Below are positions 52,823 through 63,342 of a stretch of DNA of 64,000 nucleotides, one piece after another (position 1 is the stretch's first letter; each line of letters opens with the position of its first letter). Location: contig CAVTTN010000002.1 of assembly GCA_963737655.1 (NCBI GenBank), positions 960,001 through 1,024,000 of the forward strand. The letters are read 5' to 3'. The translations under genes and the position numbers were made by a program. This stretch comes from an uncultured Planctomycetota bacterium. Lineage in GTDB: Bacteria > Planctomycetota > Planctomycetia > Isosphaerales > Isosphaeraceae. The notes beneath the pieces are model-generated. The model was not told the DNA's origin, did not search any database, and worked only from the letters and a program-made list of their open reading frames with translations.

Positions 52823-55800
52823 TCAGCGGCCGTCCCCGGGGGGCCGCCACCGCAGGGCGATCACGGCCAGAGGCGGCAACGTCAGGTTGAGCGACTGCGG
52901 GTGGCCGTGGGCGGAGACCGGCACCGTGGAGGCCCCGCCGATGTTCCCCTGCCCGCTCCCGCCGTAGATCGGCGCGTCGCCGTTGAGGACCTCGGCCCAC
53001 CGGCCCCCCCTCGGCACGCCCACCCGGTAGTTCGCCCGGGGGACCGGCGTGAAGTTCGCCACGACCAGGACGATCGCCTCCGACGATCGACCCCGCCGGA
53101 TCAGGCTGATCACGCTCTGGGCCGAGTCGTTCGCGTCGATCCACGAGAACCCCGAGGGGTGGCAATCCAGCTCGTGGAGCGCCGGCTCCCCGCGATAAAG
53201 CGTGTTCAGATCCCGGACCCACCGGCGCAAGCCCGAGTGCATCGGGGACCCGAGGAGGTCCCAGTCGAGGCTCCCGTCGTGGTCCCACTCGCGCCCCTGG
53301 CCGAATTCGTCCCCCATGAACAGGAGCTTCTTGCCGGGCTCGGCGAACTGGAGGCCGATCAGGAGCCGCACGCTCGCGAACTTCTGCCAGTCGTCCCCGG
53401 GCATCTTCCCCAGGAGCGATCCCTTGCCGTGGACGACCTCGTCATGCGAGAGCGGCAGCACGAAATTCTCCGAGAATGCATAGATCCCCCGGAACGTGAG
53501 CCGATCGTGATGGTGGGCGCGGAACAGCGGGTCCTTGCTCATGTAATCGAGCGTGTCGTGCATCCAGCCCAGGTCCCACTTGAGGCTGAACCCGAGGCCG
53601 CCCACGTTCGTGGGCGCGAGACCATCGGCCACGCGGTCGATTCCTCGGCGATCGTCAGGACGCCCGGGAAGAGGGCGTGGACCCGGTCGTTCAGCCTCCG
53701 CAAGAACTGGACCGCGTCGAGGTTCTCGCGCCCGCCGAACTCGTTGGGCGACCACTCGCCGGGCTTCCGCGAGTAATCGAGGTAGAGCATCGACGCCACC
53801 GCGTCCACCCGGAGGCCGTCGATGTGATATCGGTCCATCCAGAACAGCGCGTTGCTGACGAGGAAGTTCGCGACCTGCGGCCTTCCGTAGTCGAATGTGT
53901 ACGTGTCCCAGTCCGGATGGACCCGGCGGAGCGGGTCCTCGGGCTCGAAGAGGTGGGTGCCGTCGAAGTCGCCCAGGCCGTGAGGGTCGCGAGGGAAATG
54001 GGCCGGGACCCAGTCCAGGATCACGCCGATCCCTCGTCGGTGGAGCGTATCGACCATCGCCGCGAAGTCGTCGGGCGTGCCGAACCGCGATGTCGGCGCG
54101 AAGAACCCGGTCGGCTGGTAGCCCCACGACCCATCGAACGGGTGCTCGGCCACCGGCAGCAGCTCGACGTGAGTGAACCCCATCTCGGCCGCATAATCGG
54201 CGAGCTTCGGCGCCATCTCGCGATAGGACAACCAGCGCCCTCCCTCTTCCGGGACGCGCATCCACGAGCCGAGATGGACCTCATAAATGGAGATCGGCGC
54301 ACCGAGGTCGTTGTTCCCGCGGCGGTGACCCATCCACTCGGAATCGCCCCAGGAGAACGCGGAGACCTCCCAGACGACCGACGCCGTCTCGGGCCGGAGC
54401 CTGGCGGCGAAGCCGAACGGGTCGGCCTTCTCGACCGTCGTGCCGTCGCCGGACACGATCGCATAGCGATACGCCGCTCCCTGGGTCACCCCGGGGACGA
54501 ACCCCTCCCAGATCCCGGACCGCCCCCGAGGGGTCAGCCGATGGGCGTCGGCCGACCAGCCGTTGAAGTCGCCGACGACCGAGACGGACCTCGCGTTGGG
54601 GGCCCAGACGGCGAAGGCCACCCCGCTCGCGCCGTCCTGATCGGCCCGATGCGCGCCCATCTTCTCATAAAGGCGATCGTGCGTCCCCTCGCCGAACAGG
54701 TGGAGGTCGAAGTCGCTGATCCGCGACGCCACGGCGATCGGCGGGGCCGGGACGGCGTCGCTCGGGGGAGCGGCTTCGCCCGAGGGCGGCGGCGTCCCGA
54801 CCTCGATCAGCCTCAGGACGCCCCTCAACGGGATGCCCACCCAGTCGGGACGATTGTTCAGTTCGTAAAGCAGCTCATACAACGCCTTGTCCAGCGTGAA
54901 CGCCTCGAGGAGGAGCGCGAAGTCGGCCGGATCGGCGGGGAGGAACGGGGCGCCGGAGGCGACCGCGAGGTATTCGCGGAGGAACGCGGCCGAAGTCCAG
55001 ACCTGCCAGAGCCTCGCCCACGGCCCCAGCCGCTCGAGCCGATCCGGCCGGTCCTTCGCGAAGGCGAACAGGGCGGCGAACGCGGCGTAGTCGAACGAAC
55101 GGAGCATCCCGACCACGTCCTTCGCCGGCGATTGCTTCTCCAGCCGGACGCCGAGCGGCTTGGCCGGCTCGCCCTCGAAATCCAGGATCACGAAGTCCTC
55201 GCCGGTGCGGAGGACCTGTCCCAGATGGTAATCGCCATGAACTCGCGTCTTCATCGCGAGGAGCGACGAGCCGGGCAGGCGATCGAGCGAGAGGACGAGC
55301 CCCGGGCCCCGGTCAGGACCGCCGTCGCCGGCTCGCGGAGCCGTTCCGGGAGCCGTTCGACGTGCTCTCGAAGGGCGAGCAAGGCCCGCTCGACCTGCTC
55401 GCGGATGTCGGCCGAGAGCCTGGCCAGGTCGTCGGCCGAGATCGGCTCGGGGGCGAACGCCGGGTCGTCCTCCAGAGACGCCAGGGCCCGATGCATCTCG
55501 GCCGTCCGTCGGCCCAGGACGCCCGCGGCCTGGAGATAGCCGCCGGCCAGCTTCTTCACCTCGGCCGGGGGCTCGGCGCCGGCCAGGTCCAGGGCCGATC
55601 GTCCCTCGGGGGCCGCCGGAGGCTCGATGCCGGGGCGGCGGTCGATCTCCTCGTAATACCCCTTGAGCTCGTGGAGGGCGTGGTCCCAGCCCGTCCCCTC
55701 GTTCTTGACGAGTTCCTGGAGGATGGCCAGGACGATCGGCTCTCCGCCGTCGTTCGGGGCGTATTCGAGCGACCCGGCGGGCCGGGGGAGGCGGTCGAAT

Positions 55801-56396
55801 GCGGTCTTCTCCGCCAGGGCCCGGCCGATCTCCAGGTCGGGGTTGGTCCCCGGTTCGAGGCGTCGAAAGATTTTCATGATGAGTCGATCGCCGAAGAGGA
55901 CGGCCGAATTGCTCTGCTCGGCCGACCCGCGAATCACGGGCAACGGTCGATCGACGGGCCCCCGGGCCTGGTCGAACGTCCGGGTGGGGACCCCGTGGAT
56001 CGAGCCGAATTGGGCCGGGAACGTCGCCCCGGTGCCGATCGCGTCGAGGATCGTCAGGCACGCCGCGGGCTCGGACAGGGCGTCGAAGACGACCCGGGTG
56101 CCATCGCCCGGCGAGATCACCCGGGCCGGCGCCTCGCGCGCGATCCGGGCCGCCTCGGCCCCCTCGGCCGTGCCGATCGGCACGGAGTAGAGGTCGGGCG
56201 GCCCGTCGCGATAGCGGACCTCGACCAGGGTCAGCCGGGTCGAGCCCGCGAACTCGCCCGAGACCTCCACGACTCGCGCCCCGGTCAATTCGCGGGCCTT
56301 GCCGGCGAACCATCGCTGCTTGCGGAGGAAGGCCGGGAGGTCACGCTCCAGCCCCGAACCAAGCTCCTCGGCCTTCGCCTCGAACACGCTCGCCAT
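52823..56396 (-). CDS. glgB: Maltokinase (Mak/Pep2) fused to 1,4-alpha-glucan branching enzyme (frameshifts near 55300 and 53615)
   Basis: [30 protein letters not shown]; then [36 protein letters not shown]. Confidence 0.9.
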
Positions 56397-56425
56397 GCCG
56401 TCGGCCCCTCGCTCGTCGCCCGGGA

Positions 56426-58447
56426 TCACATGTAATAATCAAAATCCCGCTCGGTCTTCACCCAGCGCCGGACCCGGAACACGTGGGCCGGGCAGGCCTG
56501 GGGGTCGAGCTGGACGAAGTTCGACTCGCCGTGCCAGAGGTAGCGGGCGTCGCTGATCAGGTCGTGGACCTGGAACGACTGCCCCGGCCCCGAGCCCAGC
56601 CCCAGCTCGTCCAGGGGCAGCCGGACCCAGCCGGATTGGACGTGGTACGGGTCGAGGCTGACCACCGAGATGAGGATGTTCGATCGATCGGGCGAGCTCT
56701 TGCCGAACGCGACGATCTGGTCGTTATCGACGTGGTAGAAGCGGAGGTTGCGGTCGAAATGGAGGGCCGGGTTCTCCCGGCGGATCGCGTTGATCCGGGC
56801 GATGAAGTCGCGGAGCGTGCCGGGTTGGTCGAGGTCCCAGTGGCGGACCTGATACTTCTCCGAATCGAGATATTCTTCCGAGCCCGGCCTCCACGGCGTC
56901 CCCACGCACAGCTCGAACGGCGGGCCGTAGATGCCATAGGTCGCCCCGAGCATCGCCGCCAGGACCAGCCGGATCTGGAACGCCGGACGCCCGCCGACCT
57001 GGAGGAACTCGTGGAGGATGTCCGGCGTGTTGGCGAACAGGTTCGGCCTCATGTACTCCGCGGCATCGGTCTGCGTGAGCTCGGTGAAGTATTCGATCAG
57101 CGGCCACTTCGTATTCCGCCACGTGAAATAGCTATACGACTGCGGATATCCCCCCTTGGCCAGCCGGTGCATGATCTTCGGCCGGGTGAACGCCTCGGCG
57201 AGGAAGATCGTCTCGGGGTGGCGGTCCCAGACCTCGCGGATCGTCCAGTCCCAGAACCGGAACGGCTTGGTGTGCGGGTTGTCGACGCGGAAGATCGTCA
57301 CCCCGTGGCCGATCCAGAAGAGGAACACGTCGCGGAGCTCGGCGTACAGGGCCTCCCAGTCGTCGGTCTCGAAGTCGATGGGATAGATGTCCTGATATTT
57401 CTTCGGGGGGTTCTCGGCATATTTAATCGTGCCGTCGGGCCGATGCCGGAACCACTGGGGATGCTCCTTCACGTAGGGATGATCGGGCGAGCACTGGAAG
57501 GCGATGTCCAGCGCGATCTCGATGTTCAGCTTCCGGGCCGCCTCGACCAGGTGGTCGAAATCCGCCATCGTGCCGAGGTCGGGGTTGACCGACTTGTGGC
57601 CCCCCTCGGGCCCGCCGATGGCCCAGGGGCTGCCGGGGTCGCCGGGGCCGGGCGTCAGCGTGTTGTTCGGCCCCTTGCGATAGGCCCGGCCGATCGGGTG
57701 GATCGGCGGCAGATAGAGGACGTCGAACCCCATGCCCGCGACGTACGGCAGGCGGGCCTCGGTGTCCCGGAACGTCCCGTGGCGCCCGGGCTCGGCGGCC
57801 GCGGACCTCGGGAACATCTCGTACCAGGCGCCGTACCTCGCCCGTTCGCGCTCGACCATCACGCCGAGGGCCCGATCGTAGGAACTGCCCCGCGAGCGAT
57901 CCGGGTGGCGGTCCATGATCGCCGAGAGCTCGGGGTCGAGCGCCGCCGCGATCCTCGGCCCCTGGTCGCCCGGGGAGGCGAGTTCCTCGGCCTTCCTGAG
58001 GAGCCAATCGGCGTCGGCCCCCGAGGCCCTCGCCGAGCCCTCGCGGACGTGCTGGGCCCCTTCGAGGAGCTCGCTGGAGACGTCCTGACCGGCCTCGGCC
58101 TTCTTCGCCAGCTCCTTCCGCCACGACTCGAACCGATCGATCCACGCCTCGACCGTGTACTCCATCCGGCCCGGACCCTCGGCCACGAACTTGCCGCTCC
58201 AGCGGTCGTTCCCTTGCGCCGTCATCGGCGATTCGGACCAGGCCGACGCGTCGAGCGTCCGCGACTTCACCACGGCGGCGAGCACGTCGTGGCCATCGGC
58301 GAAGATGTCGGCCGAGACGGTCACGTCCTCGCCCACGGTCCTCTTGATAGGAAACCGTCCGCCGTCGATCTCCGGTTTCAGGCCCTCGACGATCACCCGG
58401 GACGGGGCGATCGTCCTCGTCTTCGCGACGTTCTCAGCGGTCCCCAT
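56426..58447 (-). CDS. glgE: Alpha-1,4-glucan:maltose-1-phosphate maltosyltransferase
   Basis: WYEMFPRS, YLPPIHPIG, YAENPPKKYQDIYP, FRVDNPHTKP, NTPDIL. Confidence 0.97.
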   Translation of the reverse strand: MGTAENVAKTRTIAPSRVIVEGLKPEIDGGRFPIKRTVGEDVTVSADIFADGHDVLAAVVKSRTLDASAWSESPMTAQGNDRWSGKFVAEGPGRMEYTVEAWIDRFESWRKELAKKAEAGQDVSSELLEGAQHVREGSARASGADADWLLRKAEELASPGDQGPRIAAALDPELSAIMDRHPDRSRGSSYDRALGVMVERERARYGAWYEMFPRSAAAEPGRHGTFRDTEARLPYVAGMGFDVLYLPPIHPIGRAYRKGPNNTLTPGPGDPGSPWAIGGPEGGHKSVNPDLGTMADFDHLVEAARKLNIEIALDIAFQCSPDHPYVKEHPQWFRHRPDGTIKYAENPPKKYQDIYPIDFETDDWEALYAELRDVFLFWIGHGVTIFRVDNPHTKPFRFWDWTIREVWDRHPETIFLAEAFTRPKIMHRLAKGGYPQSYSYFTWRNTKWPLIEYFTELTQTDAAEYMRPNLFANTPDILHEFLQVGGRPAFQIRLVLAAMLGATYGIYGPPFELCVGTPWRPGSEEYLDSEKYQVRHWDLDQPGTLRDFIARINAIRRENPALHFDRNLRFYHVDNDQIVAFGKSSPDRSNILISVVSLDPYHVQSGWVRLPLDELGLGSGPGQSFQVHDLISDARYLWHGESNFVQLDPQACPAHVFRVRRWVKTERDFDYYM

Positions 58448-59318
58448 GACAGGCGGCCCCCTTCGGCGGCGATTCAATTCCGTCCGGCCCGGTCCGACCC
58501 GGGCAATCTATCCGATCGGCCGGTGCCGAGAACAGGCCGAGCAGGCCGTCCCGGGCCCGATCCAGGAGCGATGGCGGGTCGGGCCACTGCTCGAGGACCA
58601 CCGAACCGCGAAACCCCCGCGAGCGAAGCCCCGCGACGAGCCGCACCAATCGCGACGGATCGGCGCCGAGAGGTCCCGAGAACAACGTCAGGTGGCTGTC
58701 GCGGTCGCCGAGGTTCTCGTGGGCGTGGACGTGGACGATCGGCACGTGAGGGCCCAGCCGATCGAGGTACGCCGGGAAGTCGCCCCGGGTCTCCGGGAAC
58801 AGATTCGCGTGGCCGATGTCCAGGCACATCCCGACGACCCCCGGGGGCCATCCGAAATCTTCCCGGAACAGCCGATCGAAGACCTCGGGGCCATCCGGCG
58901 GATTGTTCTCGATCGCCAGAATCAGCCCGACCTCCGCGCATCGCCGGGCCAGGGGCGCGACGCTCTCGGCATAGGCGTCCGGGGGAACGGTCCGGGTGAA
59001 ATGGACGTTCAGCAACCTCGCGCCGAGGTCGACGGCCAGGCGAAATCCGTCCTCGACGCCCTCGGGACGGGCCGGGTCGGAGGGCAGGGGGGCATGGACG
59101 GACAGGGTCATCCCGCGATCTTCCGCGATCCGGCGGATCTCCGCTCGACGGGCGGAATCCAGGTCGGCGGCCCGCCAGCCCCGGCCGTTCGGGCGGCGGT
59201 CGGGGAACCACTCGAAGGCGTCAAAACCGCGAGAAACGGCGTACTCGAACGGCGCCAGGATCGGCTCGGCCCGATACGACGTCTGATTGCCGATCCGAAC
59301 GCGGTCGCCGATCTCCAT
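58434..59318 (-). CDS. Sugar phosphate isomerase/epimerase (xylose-isomerase-like TIM barrel)
   Basis: SVHAP, LAIEN, CLDIGHA, HVHAHEN.G..DSHL, VLE. Confidence 0.82.
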   Translation of the reverse strand: MEIGDRVRIGNQTSYRAEPILAPFEYAVSRGFDAFEWFPDRRPNGRGWRAADLDSARRAEIRRIAEDRGMTLSVHAPLPSDPARPEGVEDGFRLAVDLGARLLNVHFTRTVPPDAYAESVAPLARRCAEVGLILAIENNPPDGPEVFDRLFREDFGWPPGVVGMCLDIGHANLFPETRGDFPAYLDRLGPHVPIVHVHAHENLGDRDSHLTLFSGPLGADPSRLVRLVAGLRSRGFRGSVVLEQWPDPPSLLDRARDGLLGLFSAPADRIDCPGRTGPDGIESPPKGAACHGDR

Positions 59319-59402
59319 CCACGCCTCCCGGAAACTCCCCGCAACTGCACGCATCTCCTGGGCCATTTGGGATTGGGCGGGATAGAACCGCCCGGAGGGG
59401 AG

Positions 59403-59628
59403 GGGAGATGAACCGCCAAGACGCCAAGGCCGCCAAGGGCAGAGAAGAGGAAGAGGAGAACGAGTCGGAGAGGGAGAGGATCGAAACGCAGATGACGCAG
59501 ATGACGCAGATTTAAGAATGTAATTGAGTTTCAAATCTGCGTCATCTGCGTCATCTGCGTTTCGATCCTCTCCCTCTCTCCCTCTCCTCTGCCCTTGGCG
59601 ATCTTGGCGTCTTGGCGGTTCATCTCCC
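59403..59628. repeat. 226-bp nested palindromic element
   Basis: Outer arms 59403-59444 / 59587-59628; inner arms 59468-59513 / 59533-59578; AT-rich loop. Confidence 0.92.
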
Positions 59629-59644
59629 ACTTCCCTGGGCACGT

Positions 59645-60676
59645 TCAATCCCCCGCCTGCCGCCCCAAAATCCGGTCCAGGGCGTCGGAGGTCTGATCGA
59701 TCAGGGCCTCGGGGTAGTGGCGGAACGGGTGGAAGTATTCGAACGTGACGTAGCCGCGATAACCGATCGCGTCCAGCGCCGCCGTCACCGAGGGCCAGTC
59801 GGTCGAGCCGTCGAGCAGGGGGCGGAAGCTTTCGAGCGAGTGGTCGGTGCCCTTCCTGGTCCACTCCTTGAAGTGGATGTTGCGAATCCTCTTGCCGAGG
59901 AGGGGGATCCAGTGCTCGGGGGACTGGTATTCCATGATGTTGCCGGTGTCGAAGTGGACGCCCACGGAGTCGTCGCCAAACCCATCGACGAACGCGGCCA
60001 TCTCCGCCGGGCTCAGCAGGAACCCGTTGAAAAAGATGTTCTCCAGGTTCAGCGAGACGCCCTTGGACTTCGCCAGGGGGATCATCTTCGCGATCGCCTC
60101 GCGGGCCCGGCGGTCGCAGACGTCGTTGGGGACCGGAGAATGGTCGGCCCTCCAGGGGATCGTCACCGCTCCGGGGACCACCAGCAAGTTCGAGGTCCCG
60201 AGCTCGTGGGCCGCCTCGATCATGGCCGAGCCCAGCTCCAGGCCGCGGGAGCGCCTGGCGGGGTCGTTGTCCGTGAGCGAATAAGGCCAGTACAGGAAGG
60301 AGCAGACGCCGCTGATCGCGATGCCGATCTCCTCGGCCTTCGCCCGGATCGCCCGGTAATGCGCGGCGTCTCGCTTCGGGGAGAGGTCGTTCTCCAGGTC
60401 GTAATTCAGCTCGATCCCGTCGAACCCGGCCCGTTTCGCCAGCCGGAGGCATTCTTCCAGGTTCATCCGTTCGGGATACGGAAACGCCCACAAATTGATC
60501 GATTTCTTCATGTCGTACCGGCGAGGGGACGCGCGGCGATCGTCCGCCGGGGAGGGCGAGGCCGAGGCCGAGGCCGCGGCGGGAGTGGCCGCCGCCAGCA
60601 GCGCGCCTCCGGCGAGCGAGGCCCTGAAGGCGTCTCGGCGGGTCAGCGAGTCGCGTCCGAACGGGTCGATCGGCAT
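59645..60676 (-). CDS. Sugar phosphate isomerase/epimerase with Tat-like signal
   Basis: TRRDAF plus hydrophobic stretch; AGFDGIEL, LENIFFNGFL, HFDTGN, IHFKE. Confidence 0.85.
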   Translation of the reverse strand: MPIDPFGRDSLTRRDAFRASLAGGALLAAATPAAASASASPSPADDRRASPRRYDMKKSINLWAFPYPERMNLEECLRLAKRAGFDGIELNYDLENDLSPKRDAAHYRAIRAKAEEIGIAISGVCSFLYWPYSLTDNDPARRSRGLELGSAMIEAAHELGTSNLLVVPGAVTIPWRADHSPVPNDVCDRRAREAIAKMIPLAKSKGVSLNLENIFFNGFLLSPAEMAAFVDGFGDDSVGVHFDTGNIMEYQSPEHWIPLLGKRIRNIHFKEWTRKGTDHSLESFRPLLDGSTDWPSVTAALDAIGYRGYVTFEYFHPFRHYPEALIDQTSDALDRILGRQAGD

Positions 60677-60765
60677 CGGCGGAGGCTCCATCGGGTCGGG
60701 GGTTCCCCGCATCGTAGGGCGAGACGGCCCCGGAGTCGAGGCGCCAGGGGAGCGGGCCCCTCGGC

Positions 60766-61495
60766 TCATCCGTCCGCCCGCAAATCGGCCACGAATGCCC
60801 CGGGCGCGAGGTCGTCCACGACCAGCCTCGCCAGGTCGAGCCACGGGCCGCAGCGGTCGAGCACGCCCGAATCCGCCGAGGCGATCGCCCCGGGGCCCGG
60901 ATCGATCAGGACCCGGTCGGGATCGGGCACCACCTCGGCCGTCCACGGCCAGCCCCGAGAGGCACCGAGGGCCTCGATGATCCCCTTGAGCCTGCCGCTG
61001 TTGGAGACCGGGGCGTCGAGAAGCCAGGCGCACGGGCCGATGGCGCGATCGGCCAGCCATCGCCCGAACATCTCCAGGGCGGGGGCGGTCTCCTCGACCC
61101 GGCGATACGTCCCGTGGACGCCCATCAGGTCGCGGGCGCATCCGTCCCGGCCGATCAGGACCACGCCTCCGCCCAGGGCCGCCTCGACCGTCAAGAGGGC
61201 GTTGAACCCGTCGATCCGCAGCGGGAGGCCGCGGAGCGACTCGGGATCGGCCCGGCGGGCCCGGCGATCGGCGAGGCTCCGGTCGGTGCAGGACGACCGG
61301 CGGACGGCCATCCTCTGCCGATCGACGAGCGAATGGCGGTCCCCCACGATCTTCAGCGACGAGGGGCTCGGCATAGCCCCGGCCCAGGAGCCAGGAGAGG
61401 TCCGCCACGGCCGATCGCAGGGCCGGCAGGGCCTCCGGCCCGAAGAGACGGGCATCCTCGGGGCCGGCGCCTCGGTGGGACCGGGAATCGGGCAC
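60766..61495 (-). CDS. DUF434-like protein (frameshift near 61370)
   Basis: HRGAGPED, DLSWLL.RGY, LKIVGDR, IDGFN, DG..RDL, PVSNSGRL. Confidence 0.78.
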
Positions 61496-61578
61496 GGGAC
61501 ACCTCTCGCGAACCGGGCCATCGGGATGGCATAGTAGCCGATCGGACCCGATTCCGCCCGTTTTTCGGAGACCCACCG

Positions 61579-62268
61579 ATGGCCACCCGAATCCAGTGGC
61601 TCGGCCACTCCTGCCTCCTGATCGAGAGCGACGGCCACAAGGTCCTGATCGACCCGTTCCTGACGGATAACCCCTCGGCGGCGACGACCGCGAAGGACGT
61701 CGAGGCCGACACGATCGTCATCTCCCACGGCCATTCCGACCACGTGGGCGACGCCGTGGCCATCGCCGCGAGGACCGGCGCCACCGTCGTCGCCAACTAC
61801 GAGATCGCCCAGTGGCTGATCAAGCAGGGCCTGGAGCACGTCCACGGGATGCAGCACGGGGGCGGCCACGGCTTCCCGTTCGGCCGGCTCAAGCTCACGA
61901 TCGCCTTCCACGGATCGGTGCTGCCCGACGGCACGTATGGCGGGAATCCCTGCGGCCTCTATTTCCGAATGAAGGACGGGACGACGATCTACGACGCCGC
62001 CGACACCGCCCTGTTCGGCGACATGAGGCTGATCGGCGAGGAAGGCATCGACCTGGCCATCCTCCCCATCGGCGATAATTTCACCATGGGCCCCGACGAC
62101 GCCCTCCGCGCCGTGAAGCTGCTCATGCCGAGGCGGGTGATGCCGATCCACTACAACACCTGGCCCCTGCTGAATCAGGACGCCAAGGCCTGGGCGGCCC
62201 GGGTCAAGGCCGAGACGGGCGTGGATGGGATCGTGCCGGGCCCCGGGGAATGGGTCGAGCTTTCCTGA
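61579..62268 (+). CDS. Metal-dependent hydrolase (MBL fold, UPF0173-like)
   Basis: WLGHS, IDPFL, SHGHSDH, AILPIGDNFTMG, PIHYNT. Confidence 0.92.
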   Translation: MATRIQWLGHSCLLIESDGHKVLIDPFLTDNPSAATTAKDVEADTIVISHGHSDHVGDAVAIAARTGATVVANYEIAQWLIKQGLEHVHGMQHGGGHGFPFGRLKLTIAFHGSVLPDGTYGGNPCGLYFRMKDGTTIYDAADTALFGDMRLIGEEGIDLAILPIGDNFTMGPDDALRAVKLLMPRRVMPIHYNTWPLLNQDAKAWAARVKAETGVDGIVPGPGEWVELS

Positions 62269-62293
62269 GATCCATCCACGCGCACTCTTGCCA

Positions 62294-63061
62294 TCACGGG
62301 ACGATCTTCGCGATGACCTGGCGCTCGCGGACGACCTCGCCCTCGGCGATCTGGGGGGCGTTGGGCCTGTCCTCATCCGGGCCGGAGTAGAGGATCATCC
62401 CGTCGATGGGCGCCTTGATCTTGCATTTGGCGATCTGTTCGCGGAGCTTCTTCTCGCGAGCCTGGGCCAGGAGCAAGGCGGCCTTGGCGGCGAGCTCGAC
62501 GGCCTTCGCCTGGTCGAGATCGGACTCGAACGCCCGGACCCGCTTCGGCCCGTCCACCTCCTTCAACACCTTGGCCGTCTCCTTCGCCTTCTTCAGGGCG
62601 ACCTCGGCGCGGGTCTTCACCGCCCCGGCCTTCTTCATCCCGGCGGGGTGCTTCGATTCCTTCGCGTCCTTGGACGCCTTGTCGGCCTCGGCCAGAGCGA
62701 TCTCGGCCAGGCGGACGTTGCCCTCGGCCACCTTCACCGATTCGGCGATCGAGGCCTTCTCGGCCGCGACGAACACCTCGGCCGTGGCGCGTTCGGTCTC
62801 GGCATTCTCGGCCTCGGCCTCGAACCGCTTCAACTCCAGCTCCTGGTCGAGCGAGCGATCGCGCAGGGCGGCCGAATCGAGCTCGCAGACCATGTCCCCC
62901 TTCTTCACCCGGCTCCCCTCGGGGGCGAGGAAGAGGATCGTCACCTGCCCCTCGACGTCGCTGGAGATCACCGCGGGCTTCGGCCCCTTCGCGACCGGCT
63001 TCGCCCCCGGATCCTGCCCCGAACCCAGCATCAGGCCAGAGACGATCGCCAGAGCGAACAT
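62294..63061 (-). CDS. Short HlyD/membrane-fusion-like protein
   Basis: EGSRVKKGD.VCELD, coiled coil, IKAPIDG, EGEVVRERQ. Confidence 0.75.
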   Translation of the reverse strand: MFALAIVSGLMLGSGQDPGAKPVAKGPKPAVISSDVEGQVTILFLAPEGSRVKKGDMVCELDSAALRDRSLDQELELKRFEAEAENAETERATAEVFVAAEKASIAESVKVAEGNVRLAEIALAEADKASKDAKESKHPAGMKKAGAVKTRAEVALKKAKETAKVLKEVDGPKRVRAFESDLDQAKAVELAAKAALLLAQAREKKLREQIAKCKIKAPIDGMILYSGPDEDRPNAPQIAEGEVVRERQVIAKIVP

Positions 63062-63073
63062 GGCCAAACCTCC

Positions 63074-63125
63074 GTAGGGTGCAGGAAATGCACCGTTGTG
63101 TAGGGTGCAGGAAATGCACCAACCA
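63074..63125 (+). repeat. Tandem pair of GTAG REP units
   Basis: GTAGGGTGCAGGAAATGCACC at 63074 and 63100. Confidence 0.9.
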
Positions 63126-63342
63126 CGCGGCGGCCCTCGGCCGCCCACCACATCCCCTCCACCAGCACTCCGCACGCCGATCCGCCCCGCACGCCGAAGC
63201 GCCCCGCACCCGCGAGCCCGCGAATCCATCCCCCTCATCGTTGCAGATCGACCGGGGAAAGGCTAGCCTGAGCCTCGGAGATCGCTCCCATCCCGCCACG
63301 CCCCATCCCGCCCCTCCGAACCGAATCGAATCGAGGCCCGCC

